Positions 48,826 through 61,600 of a stretch of DNA of 64,000 bases are shown piece by piece (within the stretch, counting starts at the first letter, position 1; each line of letters begins with the position of its first letter). The notes under the pieces were generated by a model, which searched no databases, was not told where the DNA came from, and worked only from the letters and a program-made list of their open reading frames with translations. A program made the position numbers and the translations under genes. The DNA is from Flectonema sp. DT1601 (taxonomy: Eukaryota): the NCBI GenBank assembly GCA_964019425.1, contig OZ025804.1, positions 682,001 through 746,000 of the forward strand, written 5' to 3'.

Positions 48826-51224
48826 TAGTCACTGTATTGTAACTAATGTTTATTTCTTCATAAATATATTTTTAACATTTCAACCCCTAAATTTTACCAG
48901 GCTATTCTGTGGACACCTAACACCTCACTTCAAGCTCCCACGAAAATACTTTCCTGAAAACCCAAATCTGGTCTATCGCTATGCCGACCAGGGGGAAAGT
49001 TAACCAAGCTTTAGATTTACAGAACAGGCTGACAACAGCCAAAAGTGAATCATATTGTCCTTCTCGGGAACTTCCTCACAACCAGATACGTCACTCTATA
49101 AGAAGTACATGCGGCTCAAGAAGTACGTAGTCGCAACTACACTGCAGATATTATGGCAAGAAGGGATCGACGCAGAGAGATCCGACAAAGTCCTGAGTGA
49201 TTGACGTAGTTGAAGCTGTCGCAGGTGCACAGACAGATGGGGTGCGTGTTGAAGTCAACTATATCTCGAAGGACAGTCCGACTTGTTGAATGATGAATTC
49301 GCAGGTGATGTGTTGGTGGGCTGACTTCTTGAAGCAGCAGCTTCCTCCTCACCCTCCGTCACATCGCTGCAACGTGATACTTCCTCTAGAGCCCGTCTTG
49401 TTTGTGGTCTGAAGTTTACAACTGTTTCACCGTCGTTGTCCCCCCACTTAATAGTTCTCACGGAACGCCACCTCAGCAGTTCTCACGGAATTTGGTATTC
49501 ATGTCTCACTTCCTTTCATTCCAGTTCGGGTGTTGACGCAGATAGCCTAAATGGGGGGGGGTTTTTTTTTTCTGACTCATATAATAATATGATGGTATCC
49601 TGAGTGGCATGTGAGCCCATTTTTTTAATGTTAGCTAACCATAGTAAGTTTTGTGTTTGTGTTAGTTGTAGTTAGTTCTGTAATTTATTCTTTGAATTTG
49701 AGAAAAAAAGAATCATTTCATCTGTTGCAATTGCTTGCAGTGCAATACAATACCCGTAAAAGGATTGTTTTAGTTAGGTGTTTGCATAATCCTAAAGAAG
49801 GGTGTCTTGCTAATTTTTCTTGTCTTTCCATAAGGGAAAAAAAGGGTTTGCAGACTCACGGGACCCTTTTTACTCTTGGTCCTGTTGTTTGCCAAGCTTT
49901 TTTTTTTTTGGCTCAGCAACATACAAATTTGATTCTTGGAGATTCTTGCTTCGAATAAGGATTTGCATCACTTATTTCTAAGTACCACTTTTTTTTTCTT
50001 TTTGTTATGTTACTTTTTATTAATCTCAAAGATTTTGCTTTCTCGGTCCAAGCAAACTGTGTGTGTCCTTTAATAATTGTTGTTTATTGCTTTTGGGGAA
50101 AAAACTGAGAAAGCACTTTGACGATTTTTCCACTGTCCTCCCATTTTAAAAAAATATGAAATAAGTTAAAGGAGGTCAGCGTTATACCTTTGGTCTTATT
50201 GTTATCATTGGCCTAAGAGCTTTTTTTCTTTTTAGATCGAACAATCTAACCCTACAACCTCTTAAGGTGAATGAATGCTATTCCTTTTTTTTTTTTATAG
50301 ACCACCTGTTAGGAACGATTTTGGAAAAATAGTTTTGCAAGAGCAAAATCTTTTTTCTTAATGAAGGTTTTTTCTGAGAGGTGCGACCGCATTGAAGCCA
50401 ATCCACACACCCACTGTGAATGGGATGCTCTGTGTCGGGTCTTGGCTTCTTTTTGTTGTGTTTTGTTATATGTTCTTAAGACGGCGGCGGCGAGTCGTTC
50501 TTCGTGTTCCTCACAACTGATCTTAGATTTACTCATGTCTAACTGAGTTATTTTCATTGTGTTAGCTGGATGATCTCAACTTTTTAATTGCAAAAAAAAA
50601 ACTGTTTTTGTTTTGTTATGTCTTCCTTTTCTATTTTCAGTTAAGCAAAGTTATCTGTTGGCGAAAAGGAAATTATTAAATTCTTCTTCAATGCAAAAAT
50701 CAACATTTTATTTATTTTATAAATAAACAACATTTCCCTTCAAAATGCTTTTGCAAAAAGGAGGGATCTTGACAATGTACTAAGAATAATATCTTTTTGT
50801 TGTTGTTTTCGAAAAGAAGTTCAACATCGCAGTAAAATCTCGCTTGTGGACCTTACTAAACAAAGAAAAGGAGAATATTTTTATTTTAAGCTCTTGCACT
50901 TTGTTAGTGATGTGTGGAAATGTAATTGACAGCTCTTGTTGAAGTGATAAATTCGTCACAAGAAGCTCCTGGTTGCAAATGATAGAGCGAGACTTGTGCA
51001 TTTGTACGTCTTTGCCTCATCTGTGCTGACCTGTTTTGGCGTGTGCAATTTTTTGTTTTCTTTGTTTAACCTTGCAGGTCGGTCTCCGACCCAAGTTAGT
51101 GCTGTGTTTTTCAGCGACTCAACAATTTGTTATTTGTAAAAAATCTTTCTTCGATTCTTCAAAGTTCCAATAAAAAATGGCGAAAGGACAGAAGTAGTAA
51201 GTAATATTCACAGAATTGTTTGGG

Positions 51225-51229
51225 AAAAA
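51225..51229 (-). terminator. Pol III T5 terminator of tRNA-Ser
   Basis: TTTTT on the minus strand 2 nt after the discriminator base. Confidence 0.7.
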
Positions 51230-51231
51230 TC

Positions 51232-51313
51232 CGCAGCCGGCAGGGTTTGAACCTGCGCATGCAAAGCACACTCGCTTAGCAGGCGAGCCCCGTAACCACT
51301 TGGGTACGGCTGC
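51232..51313 (-). tRNA. tRNA-Ser(GCT)
   Basis: The minus strand folds as acceptor GCAGCCG/CGGCTGC+G, D arm CCC-AAGTGGTTAC-GGG, anticodon arm CTCGC-CTGCTAA-GCGAG, a long variable arm, and T arm GCAGG-TTCAAAC-CCTGC. Confidence 0.93.
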
Positions 51314-51388
51314 CTCTGGAATGAAAAAAAATCTTTTTTTTTTTTTTGAAAAAAACTCTTATTTCTTCTTGAAGAATACCTATTGGGG

Positions 51389-51459
51389 GCGTCATAGTGC
51401 AGTGGATGGGGTGGTGCCCCCACACCCAATCGGCCTCGGTTCGAACCCCGCTGTACGCA
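51389..51459 (+). promoter_or_regulatory. tRNA-like element with Pol III A box (51395-51405) and B box (51438-51448)
   Basis: TAGTGCAGTGG and GGTTCGAACCC sit at tRNA spacing with a remnant acceptor stem GCGT-CA/TGTACGC. The D, anticodon and T stems do not pair properly, so this is not a functional tRNA. Confidence 0.7.
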
Positions 51460-51608
51460 CCGCGCCTCACAGCGCAATCAGTTTCCGTGTCGCATCCCCC
51501 ATTGTCTCGAAAAAGTGAACGGCCACCCAGTAAGGGCAGCGCCTAAGCAATTATAGTAGTAACAAAAAGAAGGAGAAACACAGTAGTGAAACACTCAAAA
51601 AAAATATA

Positions 51609-52566
51609 TTTGGCGAAGGGACAGCTCCGGTGAGCTATGCGGAGGCTGGGCCTGGAGCACTCACGGTGTCGCACTCGAGGAGTGGACATAAGGTGTTTGG
51701 CGAAGGGACAGCTCCGGGGAGCTACGCGGAGGCTGGGCCTGGAGCACTCACAGTGTCGTACTCGGGGAGTGGACACGACGTGTTTGGCGAAGGGACAGCT
51801 CCAGTGAGCTACGCGGAGGCTGGGCCTGGAGCATTCACGGTGTCGTACTCGGGGAGTGGACACAAGGTGTTTGGCGAAGGGACAGCTCCGGGGAGCTGTG
51901 CGGAGGCTGGGCCTGGAGCACTCACGGTGTTGTACTCGGGGGGTAGACACAAGGTGTTTGGCGAAGGGACAGCTCCGGTGAGCTATGCGGAGGCTGGGCC
52001 CGGAGCATTCACGGTGTTGTACTCGGGGGGTAGACACAAGGTGTTTGGCGAAGGGACAGCTCCGGGGAGCTGTGCGGAGGCTGGGCCTGGAGCACTCACG
52101 GTGTTGTACTCGGGGGGTAGACACGACGTGTTTGGCGAAGGGACAGCTCCGGTGAGCTATGCGGAGGCTGGGCCCGGAGCATTCACGGTGTTGTACTCGG
52201 GGAGTAGACACAAGGTGTTTGGCGAAGGGACAGCTCCGGGGAGCTGTGCGGAGGCTGGGCCTGGAGCACTCACGGTGTCGTACTCGGGGAGTGGACACAA
52301 CGTGTTTGGCGAAGGGACAGCTCCGGGGAGCTACGCGGAGGCTGGGCCTGGAGCACTCACAGTGTCGTACTCGGGGAGTGGACACAACGTGATTGGCGAA
52401 GGGGCGGCTCCGGTGGGCTGTGCGGAGGCTGGGCCTGGAGCACTCGCGTTGGTGCCGTACTCGAGGAGTAGACACAATGTGTTTGGCGAAGGGGCAGCCC
52501 CGAGGAGGTATGCGGAGACGGGGCCTAGAGAACCCACGCTCGTGTCGTACACGAGGAGGGGGCACA
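51609..52566 (+). repeat. 87-bp tandem repeat (11 units) at the element 5' end
   Basis: tttggcgaagggacagctcc recurs at 51609, 51696, 51783 ... 52482; the last units are diverged. Confidence 0.95.
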
Positions 52567-52631
52567 GCCAGTCGAAGACAAACCGCACACTAGGGGCAGG
52601 GAGTGAGACGGCATCAACGCGGGGGCCTGGG

Positions 52632-55600
52632 ATGAACACGACAATGGCACACGAACAGGAGTATACAAAGAGGTGGCGGGCCATGTTGGAATTAGAGATA
52701 CTCAGGGATATGCCGGGTCTAGGGACACATATGGCAACAGGAATATTACCGTCTTTAGCATGTCAAAAACTGGAGCCCACGATATGGTTATTCCCTCAGC
52801 CAAAGCTAGTGGGTTGTGCGGGAACGAATGAGACCGAGAGGTATCAGGAAGAAATCACGCAACAGGTGAGGGGGCCAAACCGGGCGAGCGACAGGTGGAG
52901 ACTGAGTCCACCAGCGCGATGGCACAAGAAACAAGAGAAGAAGCGGGAAAAGGCCCGGAAAACGAAAAGTGGGGGACGAACAAAGGAAGAGAGAGCGCCG
53001 GAAGATGAACAGTCGACGTCAAAGCCGAGAAGCAGTTGCAAGCAGCAGCCCCACGAGATGAGAGGTGGGGGTGCGAGCTGCCCAGTGTGTGAGTGGTCTG
53101 GGACGGAGAATGGCCTGCTGGCACACATAGATGGGAAGCATAAAGGTCAATTGGGACAGGACCAGTGGGCTGACTGCGGCATGAAGGCGTGCGGACACTG
53201 CGGACGAGCAATGAAGGGGACGGCCAGTATGCACCCAAGGTGTAGGAAGTTGAGCAGCTCCAGAGAGGTGGAGGGGGAAGCAACGCCAAGCACGTCCATA
53301 GAACTACAGAGGGAGTTCCCGAGAGTCAGTGTAACCAAGACTAAGGGGGATGGGGACTGTATGTTCCGAGCAATCCTACTGGCGAAGGGAGAATGGAATC
53401 GGCGAGTGGGTGCGAGGGTGCTGCGGAAGAGACTCGCGGAATACATGAGAGGTGAAGAGAGGACGGACCAATGGTTCGTCAACGGACTGGCCAAGGAGGA
53501 CTACGCTGTACGACTGGAGAACAAGGGATGGGGGGACAACGTAGCGCTGCAGGTTGCGGCGGACCAGATGGGAGTAGTGATCATAGTGTGGGAGGCGGGG
53601 AGACTCCTAAAGATGCTGCCCCTGAGAAGGACTGAGGACATCCCGCTGTGGATAGTGCTGGATAAAGAACACTACGAGGCAGTGCTCCAAGCGGACGCCG
53701 AAATGCTCAATCGGGTGGAGGAGAGAGCCGAGGCGGTGTATGTGCTGAAGCTCTCCGAACAAACGGCTGAAGAGGCTGCGGTGAGGATAGGCCTGGGGAC
53801 GGGACCAAGCGCGGGACTGAGGGGGTCTGGGCCTTACTACTGCCCCAGGGGAGAATGCTCGCGATCACGCGCCCAGCGATTTGAGGGATATAAGAACTGG
53901 GGAGGACTATTAGGCCACTTGAACAAGGAGCACCTCCTGTCAGATCGCCCTCTCACGGAGGCGGAGCAGCAGGCGATGGGGGTGCGACCATGCACGATGT
54001 GTGGGTGTCTGACGGGAAGCAGCACCGGGGTCCACCCGAGATGTAGAGAAGCCATGGCGCTAGATGGGGGGGAGGAAGAGGTTCAGAACGCCCCGTGGCC
54101 AGACGAAAAAGAGCTTGGAGAGCTGCCGTCGTGGGAGGAGATAGGGGCGGCACAGGTAGTGGTGCCAAAAAAGTTGGACGAGAGGCTGACGATGTTGTGG
54201 GCGAGAGCTCTCATGGCAACATTGCAACGGATAGCACAGCGGAATGACCCGCGGGCATGGAAGCTGCTATTGATGCTCCCGAAAGCATGCCTGGGAACGC
54301 CGGCGGTGCGGAAGGATGAGAAGGGGACAGAGACGCATAGGGAGAGGCTGACGAGCAGGCTGGAAGGATGGCTGAGGGGAGAGTATGTAGCGATGTGGAG
54401 CACGAGGGCAAAGAGGAACAAAAGACGACGGGAGAAGGAAACGACACAGGGAGAACGGTATGAGCGGTGCTGCGCCCTGAGCAGGAGAGGGAGGTACGCG
54501 CAGGCTAATAAATGCCTGGTGTCGAGCGGGCTAGCGCCGAACGCGCCGGAAGTCCTGGCGGCGATGCAGACCATCCACCCGAGTCCCATGCACGAGAAGA
54601 TAGACCTGGAGGGGGTGAGAACGGGGAACACAGTAGTGTCGCCGGAGGAAGCACTAGCATCGCTGAAGACATTCCCGAAGGACACGGGGGCCGGACCGTC
54701 GGGATTAAGCGTGGAGCTCCTGAAGCAAGCGTGCGACACGGGACTGCGAGGGTTGATGCCAACGCTCTGCACTACATTAGAGCTACTGGTAAGAGGGAAA
54801 GTACCTTATGAGGCGGCACCGGTGTTGGCAGGAGCTCGCCTGATCGCGCTGAAGAAAGAGCCGACCGGGTATAGACCAATAGCAGTAGGGGAATCACTGC
54901 GGAGGTGGGCGTGGAAGATAGTGCTAGCAAAAATAAGGCCCAAGATACCAAACCTCTTAAAGCCAGGAGGACAGCTGGGGGTGGCGGTACCCAGTGGGGT
55001 GGAGGCGGTGTACGCAATAGTACGGGACTACGCGAAGAGGAACAGGGGGGCCAACAAGGCAATCCTGACCATTGATTTTGAGAACGCTTTTAACTGTGTC
55101 TCGAGGGCGGTGTTCCTGCGTGAGCTGGCGTCCACGCTGCCGGAACTGTTGCCTTTGGCATCGTGGTGTTACGAGAGACCGACGAGCCTCTTTTTTGAGG
55201 ATACCACGATTCCGTCGAGGGAGGGGGCCCAACAGGGGGATCCGGCGGGGCCTCTCCTTTTCTCACTCGGGATAAAAAGCCTACTGGAGGGACTCAAGAA
55301 GATGGGACTGGATGGAAGCCTCTGGTTCTTAGACGATGGAGTGTTGATGGGAGGCGTAGACGAACTAGCGAAGGCGTACGACTACCTGGTACAAAAGGCA
55401 TCAAGCCTGGGGCTAAAGGTAAAGGAGGCGAAGTGCGTATTCGTACCTCTGCGGGTGGGCCTGGAACCGAAGGGGGGCTTGGAGAAGGTGAAACAAGAGT
55501 CCGAGGGAAACTTCACCATTCTCAAGCTACCGGTAGGGAGTGGGAGCTACTGCAAGGAATACCTGCTGCAGTACGTGACGAAGCTGAAGAAAGTAAGCGA

Positions 55601-58600
55601 GTCACTGACGATGCTACCGGATCGGCACGTAGCGCTGACCCAGCTACGATACTGCCATTCGTATGGGAAGATGGTATACTTGATGAGGTCAATGTACCTG
55701 GAGGACCAGCGATCAGGTCTGGCAGATTTCGATGCGGTGGTGAGAAGCGTGTTGCGGGGTCTCGTGGGTGGGGATATGGATGAGCGGGCGCACTTACAGG
55801 CGGAGCTACCTTTGCGGGAAGGGGGGGTGGGCCTGCGAAACTGTGGGAGACACGCGGCGGCGGGCAGAGCAGCGTCGGCCACTGCGACGAGGAAACTGTG
55901 CGTGGAGCTGGACGCCCAATACCAAGTCGACCCTGAGGAGTGGAGTGGGGTGTGTAAAGCGCTGACGCTGGAGACCTCGGAGGAGTGCGACCTGGACCTC
56001 GATAAGGTAGTGCGACAGAGAGAGCTGTCAATGAAGATCGACGCCTCGCTGAAAACGAAGATGGTCAACGACCTGAAGGGGAGCGGAGACCGAGAAAGAC
56101 TTGCACACTTCAGAGCGGTGTCCATGCCGAGGGCGAGTGCGTGGTTGGCGGAGGCAAGCGACACGGGAACCGTGATGCCGTCGCAAATTTTCCGGACCGC
56201 GATCAGGGCGCATTTAGGGCTGGAGGTCTTACAGGCGGGACAGCTATGCAAGAGGTGCAACGCTAAGCTAGACCCTCGGGGGGTGCACGCAGGGATGTGT
56301 AACCGGGGGGCAACGCCAACCATACGCCATAACCTAGTCAGGGATTTCCTGGCGAAGCAGGCAAGGGTGACGGGGATGTCCGTGGAAATGGAGCCGCAAC
56401 GAATCCTAGATGGAGGGAGGAAACCGGCCGACATCCTGGTAAGCGAGGCAGTGCCGGGAACGACACGAAACTGGACAGGAAGACCGGCGGCGTACGACGT
56501 GACGGTCATCGAGGTATGCTCGCAGACAAGTCTGTCCCGGGGATCGCACTTGGATGCGAGGCGGGTCATCCAGGCGAAGGAGAGGGAAAAGGTGAAGAAA
56601 TACGGGGAGGAGTGTAGCTCGAAGGGAATAGCTTTCGTTCCTCTAGTCTTCACGCGCGACGGGGCCATGAATGAGGCAGCTGCGGCCTTCATCAAGGCGA
56701 TTTCTCTGAGGACACGGAGACCGGCAGAGGCGTGGAGGGCACTGTCGAAAGAGATATCAACAACGCTAGCGTATAGCTGGGCGAGAGCGGTCGAAGATAG
56801 GGGGGAGTTGCTGATGGGGGGCGACGGAGCACCTATCAGTACGGATCTACCCCCGATATTCAAGGAGGATGAGTGGGAAGACGAGATACAAGACCTGGTC
56901 GACAAGATGGGGAGCATCGGGGAGGGGCCAGACGAATCGGGGCGGTTACTGTCGGAGGCCGACCGGAGTGTGGGAAGGACTACCAGACCGGACGCTGCGC
57001 CGGAGATTGGCCAAGCTGCAAGAGATAGCACACAGAAGGCAGGCAACCAGAGGGAGGTGCAAGCCCCGGAAAGCGGGACGAGGTCCACCCTGCAGGAGCC
57101 GAAGGAACTGGAGCAGACTCACGGAGGGGCAGGGGAGCCGGGGGAGGCACGAACGGAGGAACCGTCAACTGAGGAATCTGGAGTCGGAGGGAGGACGCCG
57201 GCGGAGGGACCAACTCCGGACCGAGGGAACGCAATCACGGAGCCTTCACGAGCTGAGGAACCGGGACCCACGACGAAAGAGACAGGACGGTTGCCGGGCG
57301 CCCCGGTGGTGAAGCTGGTAGTTTCGGAAGGCAAGCCAGGAAGTGTTCCAAGGTTCAAAGGACATGGCAGAGATGTGATGGCCCAGCTAGAGCGAGATAT
57401 GGCGGACCTAGACATCACGAAGCGGCCGTTATTGTCCTACGAGGCGTCGGGAAAACAAGATGACAAGTGGGCCACATCGGATGTGAGGGGATTTGAGAAC
57501 ACGAGAGGGACGTGCTACGCCGCAGCAACAGTTTGCAGCCTAATATGGGCCACACCACTAATAGGGTTGATGAGAGAGAAAGAAACGGCGGATAAAACGT
57601 GCGTAGGGGGATGTCTCGCCTGTGTACTGTGGAAGATGTCTAAAGAAGACCACCCAAGACTGGACGGGTTAATGGAGGAGACACGAGTCACGATCCAGGA
57701 CTTCACGGCGGACACGGTCAGGAAGGAGATAACAAGGTATTCTTTGGCAGGAGGTTCGCCATTGGCTTTCCTTAAACAGATCCTAAATAACCTGGCACTG
57801 AGGGAGTGCGCGGTGTGGGGGGGGACTCTGAGGAGCCTGTTCGAATCCAGATTGAAAGCGACACACAGGTGTGTATGTGGGTTTGTGAGGCAGGAGGTGC
57901 AGCTGAGTTTCATGGTCTTGGACCCAAAGACCAAGCCGGAGACAGCAAAGATCATCCTCTTAGGAGGGCCGCTCGAAGAAGAGACGAAGAGTCCAACGAT
58001 CTGCGAGAGGTGTAGATCGCCAAACAGAGACTGCACTGTGCAGTGGAGATTCGCCGAGATGCCGCCGATCCTGTTCGCGAAGGAGAGAGTGGAACAGACG
58101 ACGAGGGCCGCCTTTCAGGTAGAGACTGAAAGCGGGCCACGCAGTTATGTTTTAACGGGGAGTGTATGTGGCAATGGGAGACATGCAATGACAATGGTAA
58201 GAACGCCGAGGAACCGATGGGCATGTGTGAGCGACGAACGGGTGCGGAGCAAAGAAGGACCAGGCACGGGGCCGCTTTATTGGGTGTATACGAGAATCGA
58301 AGGAACGGAGGGTCTGTTAAGTGAGAAGCTCCTCTCCATAGACCACCGCATGCGGACAAGCCGAGCACTGAAGCCACGCCCAATGGACGATAAATCGGGA
58401 CGAGCGAGGCGGTGGTACTTTGACCAAAAAACACAAGTAGCGAAGGAGGCGGTGGTAGAAAGGAGGGAAGAGCCAGTTCTGCATGTGGAAAAGCCGAGGG
58501 CAGAGCAACCACCATCCCCGTCGGAGCCGAAACCTTTGGAGCCAGCATCAAACGGAGACATTGCGAAACTGACGCAAGAGACGAAGGAAGAGCCACCAGT

Positions 58601-61600
58601 ACAAACTAACCGCTCCAAAGGGGACGGTGGGCAGCAGGCGCTGCCGCCGCCCCAGCTGCTCAAGTCTGAGGCGCGGAGTCCAGAGCGGGCAGAAGGCTCA
58701 ACAACGGAACCAATGCGAATGGACGGGAGCGACCAGACTAAAGACGTCACCGAACCGTCGGCGGGGATAGGATTGCACGCAGGAGGGAATTACTCGGACA
58801 CATCCCTGTCGCTATCGGAACCGCCGCCTGTGAAACCCCACGGAAATGTCGAGACTTTGGAGCCAGCATCAAACGGAGACATTGCGAAGCTGACGCAGGA
58901 GACGAAGGAAGCGCCACCAGTACAAACTAACCGCTCCGAAGGGGACGGTGGGCAACAGGCGCCGCCGCCGCCCCAGCTGCTCAAGTCTGAGGCGCGGAGT
59001 CCAGAGCGGGCAGAAGGCTCAACAACGGAACCAATGCGAATGGACGGGAGCGACCAGACGAAAGACGTCACCGAACCGTCGGCGGGGATAGGATCGCACG
59101 CAGGAGGGAATTACTCGGACACATCCCTGTCGCTATCGGAACCGCCGCCTGTGAAACCCCACGAAAATGTCGAGCGGATGCCACAGGGACTGAGTGCGGT
59201 GCCATTGACGCTGTCAAAGCAACCGGAGGACCAGGATAGACGACAGACACCGCCGGCTCCCCAGCAGTCCGTATTAAAACTACAAGAAACAGGACAGGAT
59301 TTGCTACAGGTCCCGGTGAAAGTAGCCGAGCGGTCGAAAGAACCGGAGGCGCCGCCTGCGGTAAAAGAAGAGTCGAACCTGCCGGCGAGGAACCTTTCAC
59401 CACCGGTGTCTATTTCAACACCAAGCCAGGACGTGCGGACGCCTACGCAGCCGTTGCGTGATCCCGAGCAGGGAGAACCGCATGCACTTGTGAAACCGAC
59501 AGAGGGCGCACAGACGCAAGCGAATGGATTGGTTTCAGAAGGAGCAGCCCCACAGAAGAGCAGAAGGGAGCCGACAGAACCTAAGACGTCTAGGGAGCAA
59601 GGTCTAAAACTGGGCTTTTACGCAACAGGACCGACCACGTGGGAGACAGCACCGTGGGAAGGAGAGCAAGACCCAGAGGAGGCCCAACAAAAGAGGGAGC
59701 CACTGGTACCACAGGAAGCAAACGCTCGGGAGGAAGACCGCGAGGGATATGACGAACCGACAGCGCGTGGAACAGACGGAGAAGCTGATGTACAGATGGA
59801 GAACTATGAGAGCCAGGAAGGGGCGAACTCCCAGGAACTAATGGAGGAAGTTACAGGGGAGATTGCCGAAACGAGCGAGCCGCTAGCGTATGGAATGGAT
59901 GAAGGGGGTGATATACTCATGGAGGACTGTGAACCGGAATCAAACCTTTTCTGCACGCGGGTAGCGCCAGCGGCCCCGTGTCTTGGTAGCAGAGGCCCGG
60001 ACGTCACCGAACCGCAGAGCCAAGGGGGTGGGACGAATATCCAGACGCGGACCACCTGGATGGAGGGCCTGACGAACCTCGGAGACTCGTGTTACCTGAA
60101 CGCCACCTTGCAGGCACTACTGAAGGGGTCGCATGTGGATTTCCAGCGGGCACGGAACACCCCTCACGTATGCGGGACGAGGTGCACAGTGTGCGCACTA
60201 GCACTGGTGCAGGGAGGTGGGTCGCAAGGAGAGATAACGAGGATCACAAGAGAATGGATGGGAAGAGGACAACAGGACGCCCACGGAGCCCTACTACACA
60301 TAGTGTCGGACCTGCAGGAAAGAGCAAGACCAGGCGACCTCTTAGCAAACGCTTTCACATGCATGGTGGCAGTAGAACGCACGTGCATATGCTGTGGCGG
60401 AGGGAGCCAATCAATCGAGCTGGACTGCGGCCTGATACTGCGGGGATGGGACCTACAGTCGGCACTGGAGTCGACGACGATACCACAGGACTACGTGTGC
60501 GGACTGTGCGGTACGGGGTCTTTGCAGGAGCGCAGGATCTTGATGGAGGCGCCGGAAACGATGATCGTATGCATTGTGAACGAGAATGCCACGAAAATGG
60601 CGCTGGGAGAACAAGTGTCGATGCGGAACAGCAAGATACAGGCCGACTATAGGGTGTCCGCTGTGGTGGTCCATCAGGGGTGTCTGGGATCGGGTCACTA
60701 CACGTCTTTCACCCTATCACCGGGCGGCTGGAGGTACCAGGACGATGAGGTGGAGCGAGCAACAAGCTGGCGAGAGGTGCTGTCGTCTGTCCCTTACGTG
60801 CTATTCCTGCGAAGACAAGCTACAAAGGAGATGTTCTGCGCAAATGAAGTTCCGATGATGCCACGACTAGCTCCACAGGTGGTCAGGGTAACGCCCCCAG
60901 AGCAGCACGGAATGGAAGGAAGGGATTATAGGCAAGTGAACAGTGAAATGCTCATACGGCCTGGAACGCAAAAGTCACGGACACAGTGTGAAGTACCACA
61001 ATCAACACGGACCCAAAACCCACCGAACCTGCTAAGGACGGTGAAGACACTAGGTCGGTGCGAGAAGAAGAACGCCACGCGTGTCACAATACGAGCACAC
61101 ACAACGAAAGGCCAGAGGAGTCAACCGGCGACGCGAATGGAGAGCAAGTTCAAGCTCTATGCTATCTCGAAGGGAAGGGGACGCACTACCATCGTGAATA
61201 GCTGGGCAGAGGCCGAGAAACAGACGAAGGGACTCTCTTGCGCTGTTTATCAGGGCTTCAATAATGGAGAGGAGGCGGAGGCTTTCCTGAGAAGCACTGA
61301 CCCGGAGTATAAGACAGCAGACAAGCCAGTAAAAGGCCCACGCAGAAATCGGCGGTACGCGGTCCCGTGTGGACGGCGTCCAGGAACGTACAGCACATGG
61401 AGTGAAGCCTCACTGCAAGTGCTACGCTGTCCAGGTGGGAAGGTGAAGAAGCTTTGCACGGACAGGAGAGCACGGGAGTACGTCGAAGAGCACAGAGCCA
61501 CGAAAGGGTTAACGCAGCCAACACCACCACATCCAGCTGTGTACCTTTTCTTAGGCAAAACCGGAAGGGCGTGCCTGGTGCGGAGTGGCGGAGGACCAGT

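Noticed and set aside
48860..51100. Short coding-like stretches between the lectin gene and the tRNA
   Set aside because: They are fragmented by stops and show no motif I can identify with confidence.
51385..51555. HDV-like ribozyme at the element 5' end
   Set aside because: I could not build the nested double pseudoknot (no P1.1/L3 match); a covariance search would be needed.
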